NCBI GenBank assembly: GCA_965637545.1
Contig: OZ281501.1
Span: forward strand, 1,860,001-1,924,000
Length of the DNA: 64,000 nt
DNA from: Phallusia mammillata
Taxonomy: Eukaryota
Direction of reading: 5' to 3'
The first letter of the stretch is position 1. Every line of letters starts with the position of its first letter. The translations under genes and the position numbers were made by a program. The notes under the pieces were generated by a model. The model did no database searches. It had not been told where the DNA came from and saw nothing but the letters and a program-made list of their open reading frames with translations. Of this stretch, positions 50,601 through 61,823 are shown piece after piece.

Positions 50601-53541
50601 TTAAGGTCCGCAAACATCCTGACAAATGTGACTCGTCATTTCACTCATCAACATCTCACTGACTTCTGTGAAGTTTCCTTCGGCAACAAACACATGCCCA
50701 GCCTTCCCAGCTATATCGTTGAGCTGCTGGATGTCTGGAACCGTGCTATTGTCGTACTTCAGGAACAAGGCGTACGTCTGTTAACGAGTAAAGAAAAAGA
50801 AAGTTTTGTATGACTTATCACTGAAAAAACTGCTTGTTTGAAAAGACATATAAAGTCCCGAAAATAGTTTCACTTTTACTTTTGGTAGGACTAGGGCACT
50901 CATATTTTGACAAAAACAAGCCGCAGACTTAATAGCAATCTTGTTTTTTTTCAAGCAAATTTAGAAGTTCATCAACAACATCAACGACACATACACATTT
51001 TATAAAATGAGAACGAGATGTAAATTTACCAAATTTGATACATCACTGTACAGGCTAATTAGTATGCCGACTTACCAATACACCATTTTCCCGCAACGTT
51101 TTGGCCGGTTTTTTGACGTCATCATTTGAATTGCTGTCGGTTACAACAATGGCGATGTCTTTGTGCGTGTCGCTTTTGTGATCTTTATCAAACACGTTTT
51201 CACCAACATATCGCAAAGCTTTACCGGTGTTCACAAGCCCATCATCTGTTTTGTAAACAAAGAATTTTAGATCACTTGCATGTTAGTCTTTCGACTGATA
51301 ATTTTGACAAGTTTTAAACTTATTAGAGAGCGGATTTTCCTGCAATGTCATGTTTTGATCAAGTGTTCCACATTTTTATACAGTGGTGATATAAAAGGTT
51401 TGATTTCGTAAGATTATATTGGAGTGAAAACATTCTGTAAGCATTTTCACTCATACACAGGCACACATACTGTCGCCTATCGAGGCAGTATCAATATGTC
51501 GTAAACTACTTGACCATTTTATTGGATTGTTAAAAAATATTTCGACAAGTGATTGTTCGTAGTATATACCTGTCTTGGTGAAACCAGTTCTGGCAAAAAT
51601 CTTTCGCAATTCTTCAGGACTGAGCGGATCTAGGGATACGCTAGCTTCGTGATGGACAACTCCACTATACCTGATTCTCGCTGTTCGAAAATAGCGTGGG
51701 TCCATATTCAACATTCTTGAAACAGAACGATATTACAAGCAACCAACTGATGAGGTCATTCGTTTTCTTTTTATTAGCTGCGTTACGGGTTTGTTTGACA
51801 TTACATGCCCAACACCGAAAAGATAGCCGAAATCAATAACTCATGTATAAGTATATAATATCATACAAGTATTAAAAAAAACTTTCAATGAAAACAAATA
51901 CAAACCATTACGAGGTTACCTTAATACACTGTTTCCGAATGCAGCTTTAGTTAACTCTTGATGATAAGCGCTTTTGCTATGCAGCAACTAGACAAGATCA
52001 AATGGGGCGTATGGAGGACAAGATTCTAAAAAACACGTTATAGATCAAAACCACACAACGCCATCAAATTGTTTTCTTAAATTAAGAAAACTAAATTTTA
52101 CTGATGTACAAAATACTCACTTGCACAACAAGGCACCTTATTCGACCATTGACCGTTTCCTAAACATTGAAAAGTTGTAGAATCGCTTGGGTTAAGATAA
52201 TATCCAGACTTAGTGCAGCTGTAGTAACATTGCGAACCGATCTTGTTAGCATTTGTGCAAATTACTCTGCCATTTCTTAGGGTGGTTGCTGCGTCACTGC
52301 AAGTTGGTTTTGCAACCACTGCTGCAAATGCAATGATGGATTGATGTATTGAAGAAACAGTGATAGTCAATGACCATATAGTCTGTTGGAGGATTAATCT
52401 TTATCATTTTGGATTATTATTAGTTTTTAAAAAGTAAATATTATTACCTTTGCACGTGTTGTCAACATTACAGGAATCCTGATCGCAACAACAACAACAA
52501 ACCGACGAAAAATATCTGTTGTTGTTACATTGTTTAACAATACCATGCTGTTTCCAGTTCTAAAAACGACACACATTAGTTCAACGCGTGTGATATTGCT
52601 TTTAAAATCAGTGTTGGCAAGAACCAAAGCATTTCGTCACCTGTTCTCGGTCGTTCCAGCAAGCCTCTCTTTGCTTGCAATGCTTCCAGATGCGTTTGAT
52701 CCAGAAATGTTGTCGGGCTACGGTTGCACACGAATTCTTGACATACACATTGTCATACACACACAAGTGGTTATTTAATTACTGTATGGCCAGCTATAAG
52801 TTACCTGGTTTGGTTGGCAACTTACGAGCTTGCCTGAGGCGAGACAACTTTTGTTGCTGCTTCCTGAACATTCCCAACATTTTAACGCTGAAATGGAAAT
52901 ATTTTCTTCATTCTTAATTCATAACTGGGATTCTAGCCTAGTCTTTGTCATACAGTAGTGCTTGATAACCTGCTGATGCCTAAAATGGCCATGGACAGTG
53001 GTGGGATTCAGCTGGTTCGCACCGGTTCTACAGAACCGTCTCATGAAATTTTATGAGATCAGCGAACCGGTTAGCATTACTGGTTATTGTCAATGGACTT
53101 TTCGGAACAGAACCGGTTGAAAAATTTGACTTCTGTGATAGAACCGAATGACAAAAAATTTGAATCCCGCCACTGGGCATGGCGTACTATGAGAAATATT
53201 GACTGTTATAGAATAGGTTCACTCAGCTTTAGGAAAGCTATTGGCACGTATTTTTTGGTCATTGCCCTCAAAAGTTATGATGCATGTTGTAGAAAAGCAG
53301 TAAATTTCAACGATATTGGCAAATCTGAAATGTAATTTATTTCTGTATGCAAAGTTGCAAACATAAAGTTTTAAACCGAAGCACTTTACAAACTAAAAAT
53401 ATGTCCTTTCGTGTCAGGCTGATTGTGAAAATTATCACTGTTATGTTTGGTATATTGCATACAATTAACCTCCTTACCTGCAACTGAAACTATCAAAACA
53501 CAAAGCGTCAAACACAAAACGCTTTGTGTTTCAAACTTCAT
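50601..53541 (-). pseudogene. Paralog B of the LU-CCP-VWA gene, convergent with paralog A; 9 exons, one in-frame TAG (null allele, young pseudogene, truncated isoform or base error)
   Basis: Exons in gene order: 53541-53478, 52887-52805, 52736-52641, 52559-52448, 52321-52121, 52025-51920, 51715-51570, 51245-51076, 50777-50601. Intron phases match paralog A and four exon sizes (64, 96, 201, 106 bp) are identical. TAG at 51990-51988 (FDLV*LL) aligns with TGG in paralog A (FDVVWLV). All other exons are open (384 aa if read through, 197 aa if terminated). Confidence 0.82.
52996..53175. mobile_element. hAT-type MITE, 180 bp, in intron 1 of paralog B
   Basis: TIR CAGTGG(T/C)GGGATTCA, 14/15. Flanks GCCATGGA / GGCATGGC (6/8, decayed 8-bp TSD). 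Several internal (A/C)ACCGGTT and GAACCG motifs. Confidence 0.8.
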
Positions 53542-53592
53542 CTCAACTAAAGCATTCCGAGTTTTTGCAACAAAATTAAGTACAAGCAAAAT

Positions 53593-53599
53593 ATTTATA
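53593..53599 (-). promoter_or_regulatory. Probable TATA box of paralog B
   Basis: TATAAAT on the minus strand ~52 bp upstream of ATG 53541; same heptamer as in paralog A. Confidence 0.45.
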
Positions 53600-54955
53600 G
53601 CCTATAAGTGATTTTGCCAAATGTGGTAAACCAGTTTGTATTGAGATGTAGTGCAGAAAAAAGAGAGCAAGGCCTCAACAAGCGTGCATTTTTAAACAAC
53701 ACCTGTATGTTACAGCCCCAGGTGATTTAAACACGAGCGAGGTCGCTGTTAAACCTTCCACACCTAATTTCAAGGGAGGTTTGCAACACCTGGCAAATTG
53801 GTGGGTAACTACTCAGTGTAAATGCTCCAACAATAATACCTTTACGGAGTTTGATGTTATTAATAAATAAATGCCATCTTGAGGGTTGTTTAAATGTGTT
53901 CTGCTTTAACACCTTATTTCCTAATTTTAATTAAAAAATATAAAAAATACGGATCATTGTGAAAACATCTTTTTGCCAGTTTCGCGCCAAAACAGTGGGG
54001 GTTTTACCTAAATCACCTGCGTTTCTTCGGCTGTGAGAGTGGTTGTTGATGACGAATTTGATTAAAGCTTTTGATTCAAATTTATTTGGTGTGTACACTT
54101 AAAGTTGTTTCAACCAATCAATTCTAAATGTTCAATATTTTAGAATATAGGCGATATTCATCTTTTTATGATAATGGTAGTTGATTATAGAAGTGTTTTT
54201 ATTTAAACATTTAATATCAAACCGGTGTTTGTTTTTCTATCCATGTTTATTTATTGCTATTTGTATCTTTTTATAATATGTGCTTTACATTGCTTCACAC
54301 TAGTAGTTATCATTCAGGTTTTATTTTCCTGGCATATATAGATTTTTATGTGTGCAGAATAGCAGAGCGAAAATATATATCAGTTTTTTTATATGCCTAA
54401 AAAAGTATGCTGTATTTAAAAGTATAACTTGACTTATCTTAAACTTAATAATAATAAAGATATAAGTACACAGCCCTCAGTTGCACTATAGTTGGTTATA
54501 CATTATAGGCTACATTACAAGCTGTAAACACAGCATAATTTTATTTAAAAGAACAAAAAAAAAACATTTGTAAGGTTTTTTATTATCAAAGAGTAACACA
54601 AATATAATCAAGTTGTATGACTGCATGTGTTTTGAAGTGAAATGTAATCAGGTATCTTTTTTTGAAATAAATAAAGTACAATCCACTCCAGTATAAGTTT
54701 TGTTTACAAACATTTGTTTAAGTTTTGCAAATATTTCTTTTTATTGGCATGCTGTTGCCTAATAAAAGTAATTATCGGAAATTTGTATGAATAGTACACA
54801 GACTGTGGACAGCATACATTTCTATTGCTATGTCTTTGAGGAAATACAGGTTGTTTTAGATTTACAACCCCTGTGTCATTAACCATCTTAAGCTCAGAAA
54901 AATCATCTAGGCCACATTTATTTGGTAATTGGTACATGGAAGTGTAGTTGTCTTG

Positions 54956-57900
54956 TTACTGTATGTAACTCCAAGCAAGACTTGCAGCATTAGATTTGTA
55001 CAGCTTGTAACCAACAAATGAAAGTAAAACAGAATATCCTAACACAGACAAGCCACAGTCTCGTACAATTTTCTTCATAATTTGGTTTGTCTCTCTTAAC
55101 TCATTCACTGCCTGTCCTCCCTTGTTTTTATGAGGAAATGGCTTGTCCGGTATTTCAACACCCAGAAATTTACACAAGGGTTCCCAGCCTTCTGATACTT
55201 TGTACACCAACAACTTGTCCCTGGGCGCTTTCTGAAACATAATTGTTTTTCTGATTATAGGAGTTGAAGATTAAAAACTTATGTGTGATAATTTTCATTG
55301 GAATTTACAATGCATGACATGAAGTTAAAGTTGTTCTTGCCCACATCACTTATGTCTTTTGAGGTTAGTAGTGTTTTGTTTGCATTGAGATAATTGTTGA
55401 AATAGTGGTAAATACAAGTAGTGACTTGTATTTTATAAACTAAAACAGTTCTGGGTTGTGCAACAATGTTTTGTTAGTATAGACACTATTCCGACCCTGT
55501 TTCATGAAAATTAAAGTTATAGGTACTGGACTAGCATATTGTTTTCAAACATGAATCTGCTGTAGTATAACTTGCAAATCATATGTTCGAAAGGTAATTG
55601 TTATGAACATGAATATTCACCGGTGCACTAGTGTAATGAAACACTTTTCACTGCTACAGACATAGTCTGATTTAAATGTGTAATCTCAAAACCATAATTC
55701 CTTAACATCTGTGTTTAGTGTCTCTTTAAAGTTGTTGTTGGTATCATAGGTTGGTGTTTTTTAATTAATCCGGATAAATATGTATTAAGGTAATGGATAA
55801 TGTGTTTGTTTACATGTTTAAAAGTTTGTTTACATGTTGGGAGCTTATGATGTGCATTTTGACTGTCTGTGATTGAAGTCAAAACTGTTATTTTACCATC
55901 ATAAATGTTATTGTTTTATAACTCCTCTTCAAATAATGAGGCTGTATATATTTTCCTATCCACTCACCACTTAAACACAGTACACTATTCAACAAACCTG
56001 TATCACAGAGTCATTGTGTCCCTTGAACATATTTCTTAGCATCTTTTCATTGAATAGCTTTCTACTATGTCGAGGCCATTGTGTAATTTGGGTACTAAAG
56101 CGACCTGAAATATATTATTGTTATGTCATACATTTCAATTAGAAAACATTGTCTCAAACAATGTATGACTAGTTAACATACATATATATATGACCTTTGT
56201 GTTGATAGACTTGTGTAGGTGTTTGCACTGAAATGTGATGATAGTTTCAAATCAAGTTAAGGTAACTGATAGCAATGTGGAAGGGTAACGTGAACCAGAG
56301 TTCACCTAACGTTTTTGTTAATTTATTCACATTTAATTTCTTGCTTTTGCTTTTACGCTTATTTTTTATTCCTAAATATTATTTTTTGTTTGGAAACTTA
56401 TTTTCAGATTTGTCTTTTTGTCGAACTTTTTACGTTTTTAAAAGCTCCTAATGACCGTAATATAATTGGCCAGTAGTGAAGTCACGGTTGGTATAATTGG
56501 TTTTAGTGATAGCGCAGGGGTCGTTTTACGAATTAGAGAGATCGCCTCAAGTATTAGGGATAGTTGGTAAGATTTTGCGTTTGAGATGTCGCACCCAATC
56601 AACTTTCTTTAAATTTTAAAATGGCCAAAATTACTGCGGTTGGAAAACAAATCAAGAGCTTACTTATGGTTAAATAGTAGGAATGACGAAGCCAGCAAGT
56701 TGGGGTTAACAAAAATAGTGCCCATAAAAAGTAGTCTTCATTCATCCGCGCGTTTTGATTTCTGAGGCTTTCCAACCAAGCATCTTCATCTCGTACAGTT
56801 AAGATAATCTGGAAATAAAACGGTTAAAGCATTGCAAGTTAACGTTAACGAGAGGTTTTACTGTAGAACAAATCGGTTTGACAAAAACAAAACGTTTTAC
56901 ACGTTTTCTTGGCACGTCTTGAAGACTGTGTTATTGCGTGGTTGCAACGAGATGCCAAGATAATTTATTACAGGGCTGTGTAACCTGCGGCCCTTTAAAG
57001 TTGGACTGTCCGCGTAGAATTGAAGATTTAAGATATAGTTTGACCCGTGATACTGATATATAAGTGCAGTCCTGAGAACCGATTGCAATTCTCCCTGTTT
57101 CTCAGGAGGTATATGCATACTGACTGAGATCCATATTTTATCTCAAAAATGTTGCCACAATTGCTTGATTAATTGCAGCAAAACAGCTTCTCCTGATTTT
57201 ATAGCATTCACACAGCATGTCACTAACAGTAAAGTTAACTTTTTACACAGATTGCAAAACGCCATGTGTTTGTCCATACGTATCTTATAGATACCTTTGC
57301 ATCTGGGAAAGCCTGATGTAGTTCTTCCCAATAATGAAAGCATGGAGTATCCACGACCGCGTCAACTCCTTTATACATTCTACGAAAATCGTCCACTGTA
57401 GCTTTTCCCTTGAAAACCTTGAGCCAGTCGTTGTATAAGAAGTAGTAATTCTCCACATAATCGTATGTGTTAAATCCAAGAATCTCAAAAGCGGCCGACA
57501 TTGTCTTACCGTAATTTTCCAAGTATAGTGCGCCCCCGTGTATAATACGCACCCTAAAAATGGCATGTCGATGCTGGAAAAAAGCCTGTACCCATGTATA
57601 ATACGCACCCAAATTTTTACTCTTAAATCCGTAAACAAAAAATTATTTCAGAAAAAAGATCATCTTTTGAAACAACCGGATGTTATTCTGCCGGTCAGTA
57701 TCACTGCGCATGTGCTCGCAAACTCGACAGCGAAAAATGTTTAGGAATTGTGTAGGGTACATCGTGACAGCAAACGAGATCTTACTGGTCGCGTTCAAGC
57801 GGAACCGATCTTAATACTTGCAGAGAACATTTTTATTTTTAAAACACAAATGAAGTTTAATATGTATCAGATTAAAATACCTAAAAATCAGAATAATTAA

Positions 57901-58293
57901 ATTCAAACTTATATACAAAATTTTCGTTCGATCCGTTGCATATCGGCAATGATATCACCCCATTTACGTTGTCGCTAAATGGGCAGTGTGCAGTATTTGA
58001 CAATAACACACCATCAAGGATTGCACCATCGCATCAAACGATGTGTCGTCAATTATGAATTTTACTGACTAAGTGTGTTGGGCAGGATGGCTAAATGTGA
58101 TGCGCGATTGACAACAAACAAGAAGGTGTGATTTAAAGTTTTATTTCGAGGCAGATTTTCTTCAAAATTTGTTGTACCCATGCATAATGCGCACCCTAGA
58201 TTTTAGGACAATAAATTAAGTAAATTTTGCGCATTATACATGGAAAATTACGGTAGTTCCCGTCTTGGAATAACCAGCCAAAATTACCTTCAT
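54956..58293 (-). CDS. P-loop sulfotransferase-family protein (Sulfotransfer_4-like) with C-terminal hydrophobic segment, copy 1; exon 1 split by a MITE, ~259 aa if the MITE is spliced out
   Basis: Exon 1a 58293-58252 (MKVILAGYSKTGT[T]), exon 1b 57504-57295 (TMSAAF...WEELHQAFPDAK), then 56808-56664 (IILTVRDEDAWLES), 56104-55998 (HNDSVIQ) and 55231-54956 (LLVYKVSEGWEPLCKFLG...PFPHKN). Exon sizes 252/145/107 bp match both paralogs. No stops outside the insertion. Confidence 0.8.
57509..58253. mobile_element. Non-autonomous Tc1/mariner-superfamily (pogo/Tc2-like) MITE, 745 bp, TA target duplication
   Basis: TIRs CCGTAATTTTCCAAGTATAGTGCGC and reverse complement CCGTAATTTTCCATGTATAATGCGC (23/25 identical). 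TA at 57507-57508 and 58254-58255. Subterminal repeats (G)TATAATACGCACCC twice near the left end and GCATAATGCGCACCC near the right. Removing the element plus one TA restores ACG GGA ACT AAG ACA ATG (TGTKTM) as in the paralogs. No transposase ORF. Confidence 0.92.
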
Positions 58294-59167
58294 ATTTCTC
58301 TGTTAGTCTCTTCCTATTAGCTTAACCCGAAATTGCTAACTGTTGCAAAATTACCACTTTAATTTGAGAATTATTTTTAGTATGCCCTGCGGTAAAATAT
58401 AAGTCTGTCTCGAAAAAAACGCCTTTGTTAGAATGCGTTCGACACCCAGTACAGTCACACAGCCGTTTTACACGATTACTTTGCTGGGCTCGTGTTTACA
58501 CACATGTTGCGGTTTCATGTGGTCTGTGACCCAAAACATGGCGACGTGTGAACATGTATACCAAATCGTGACGAGTTTTTGCAATCAATCGGGTGGCGTG
58601 CAGTGGGTCATGTCTTCGTTTTATTCAGTCAGGCTGGTTAAAAGGCCCGGCCCACATTGCGCCTTTGTGCAGACAGGCAAAAACAGCACGACAATTACGC
58701 GCAATGTTACGGAATAACCCCATTATCTCATATGCATCCACAAATAGTAAGGGCTTTTGGTATTTTTGTCTTACTGCCCTCGTATTTAGAACAATACGAC
58801 ACGCTAGGTTATATGGTCGGAATTTAAAACCAGAAAGCAAGTTTTTGGTCTAAAATGTACTTCCAGCAGCTAATATGAATATATTGCGGTGCAAATTTTG
58901 TTATACCGCAAGGAAAAAACGGTATATATACCTTTGCTGAAGATTTTGGTGTAAACATTACAAATTAAAACTATTCGAGTTCGGTAGTGTGTGTTTAATA
59001 ACCTAACATTTTTTCATGTTTGATATAAAAAGATCTAAATAGCAAGCAGTGCCATAAATACTGTAAAGGAAAACAGAACAGGTGAAAACAACATGACATC
59101 ATGTTTTTTTTGGTTTGATTTTTTCGATTTCTCTAAGATTTTAACAGGCAAATATTCTCAGCCTTCC

Positions 59168-59935
59168 ATTAACACGAAGGCTGTTAAAAGCTTCAGCATT
59201 CGAAACTGCTCGGCAGGATTTCTTTCCTTAGTTTGTTTTCCTGTTGAACCCCACCCTGTTTCCCTGGTACGAGTGGTTTATTACGCAACACCCACTTTTT
59301 TGTGAGCGTTCGCCACATTACATTTTATTAATTCGGTGTAGCTGTAGCTCTTTTTGATTGTGCAATTGCGTCGCTATTAGTTCTTTCACCAAACGGAACA
59401 AACTCACTCAACTGCTGTCTAGCATGGTTTACCTTCTGCAGAACATTTGTGCTTTGAGTTCCTGTAATGTCCTTTAGGTGTTTGTTTTTAAATACCTCAG
59501 AGTCGGTCGGTCAGGCGCTTTTCAAAGCAGCACGCAGATGATTGACTGGTTCAGGATTGTATAAGGTTTTGTTGACTTTTAGTATTTAAAAACACCGTCC
59601 AGTACTTGATATTGTATCCCCATGCACTATTGAGTGGTATATCCTTGGGTCAAACCGAAAACCTTGCGTGACTTAAAGATCTAATTACGAAACGATCCCT
59701 TGCACCATGACTACACTGTATTTTAACATCTGGCGTTTCGAAATTTAGGTGGTGGTGTAGAATTTTGTTTCAATGGGCAATGCTGAAGGTTTATTTAAAC
59801 ATCGCTGTCACGTTCGTAATGTCAGACTTGTTTCGTCTGTCTTGTGGTATGACGCTTTATTAGCACACATTGTCTAAAATTAATCCACTGTACTTTCAAG
59901 GCACAACTGCATGTTATTAACACGAAGGCTGTTAA
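59168..59935. repeat. Identical 20-bp direct repeats ATTAACACGAAGGCTGTTAA flanking a 728-bp segment
   Basis: Copies at 59168-59187 and 59916-59935. The repeat is itself a hairpin (TTAACA-CGAAGGC-TGTTAA). Confidence 0.75.
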
Positions 59936-59999
59936 GTTAAAAACAAAACAATTTAGCACAAATCAAAGCCTTGGTTTGCATAATTTAAATTTAGAATAT

Positions 60000-61258
60000 T
60001 CAAATATTATTTGATATCCGTGATATGGCTGTAAATATCTTGTGACAAACATGCTTCCACATACCTGAGGTGAAAACATGATAACCTAAATAAGCCATGG
60101 CACCGGTAAATACTGTAAAGGGTAACAAAGCCTGCTTAAACATTTTTGCAACAACTTCGTTGCTTTTGGTCATTTCTTGAATAATATTTCCACCCTTGTT
60201 CTTGTGTGGAAATGGTTTATCAGGGATTTCTAAGCCCAGAAATTTGCACAAGGGTTCCCAGCCTTCTGATACTTTGTACACCAGCATCTTGTCTTTTGGT
60301 GCTTTCTGTGTCAAAAGGTACTAAACTTATTTGATCTGACATTTAAAAAGAGCATTTTTGAAATATATTTGCTTACCTTTAAAACGTTAGCGTTGTGGTA
60401 CCTGTAGTGTTCTCGTAATATCTTTTCGTGTATCGGAGTTATTGTTGGGCGAGGAAGCAGAACAAAGTGACCAATCAAAGTATCTGCAAATAATTTTGGT
60501 TCATAAACTCTGTACGAAACCCATGATGATGCTGCTTTAAAGTAAGCTACTTAATTCGTGGTGAAACAAAATGTCTACTACTAGCCGCGGTGGCAACGTT
60601 TGCTAATTTTATGTTTTAATATAAAACACACAATATATCTCCTGCAGTAGAGCAGTGTACACAATGTGTAGACGTTTTTAATTTGTCATAAACAGCGGCT
60701 ACACGTTAATTGGTTTGGCTTCATTGCTCTTGATAAACTTGTCGAAGAAAAAATATACCTTTATAGCACTTCTTGAAGTGATCAGAAACGGATAACTTAC
60801 TGACACTTCTTTGATAGCTGGCTCGAGCCCAAACCGCTGGGGAGAAGACTGTAAGAAACCAAGAAGCGTAACTTTCGTTCAGCATTTCAATCTGGTTTTT
60901 AAAGCTCTTGTACCAAGCATCTTCGTCTCTCATTGTGAGGATAATCTGGAACATTTGGTCTTTCGTAAACAGCTATACATCATGCTTGCACGTTGAACGC
61001 GATTACCTTTGCATCTGGAAAAGCTTCGTGTAGCTTTTCCCAGTAATGAAACACTGGCGTGTCGGTTAATGCGTCGACTCCTGCAAAGATCTCTTGAATT
61101 TCCTCCACTGTCGCTTCACCTCTAAAGATTTTTCCCCAACCTTTGTAAGCAAAATAGTAATTCTCCATCGAATCGTAGGTATTGAGTCCCAGAATTGTAA
61201 ATGCAGAAGCCATGGTCTTCGTGCCAGTTTTTGAATAACCGACTAGTATAACCTTCAT
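60000..61258 (-). CDS. P-loop sulfotransferase-family protein (Sulfotransfer_4-like), copy 2, 4 exons, ~269 aa
   Basis: Exons 61258-61007, 60945-60801, 60483-60377, 60305-60000. Motifs GYSKTGTKTM, LTMRDEDAWYKS, HNANV, EGWEPLCKFLG..PFPHKN; hydrophobic C-terminal helix. Frame intact. Confidence 0.9.
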
Positions 61259-61823
61259 TTTGTCTCTTAGCACTGGATCTGGTTTGTACACAGTGTCTGT
61301 AACTGCTGGACTGCGGTTGCTGGTAGATTCCTATAGCTAAGGTATCAGTACAGTGCACATGTCTTATTTGCACTAAGCCCAGATTTGTTGACAAACTACA
61401 CACTGCAATGTTTAACCTGCTGCTTTTCGTTAAACATAAGATTATGAAAGCACGGTGTGTAAAAAAATGCATGAGTACTTCCAAAGAATGTACAAAAAAG
61501 TGTTCTTACTGACAGATAAACTAACCCAAAGAGGGAAATGCTTATTGCAATTGTTACGTTTTTGTGTGTTTGCTACCTACAGCTATGAAGGCCTAATGTA
61601 AAACTTTTGTTGCAATACTGCGTTTCTGTTTTGGAGCTTTTAACCGACACTTTAGATAAAACAAAAAAAGGCTTACACGGTTTCTGGTTTGTTCTTGTCA
61701 ATATTCATTGTTACAATTGTCGAAAACGTAACATTAACGACCAACGTCTGTCTTAATGATGAGCCAATGAACCAAATAAGCAAAAAATGGCGTCATTTTC
61801 TGTTGAGCATTGTCTCTCTTATA

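Noticed and set aside
58386-58909. Short inverted repeat CC(C/T)TGCGGTA(A/T)AA suggesting a ~520-bp transposon
   Set aside because: Only ~11/13 match, no TSD, and the region looks like the sulfotransferase copy 1 promoter.
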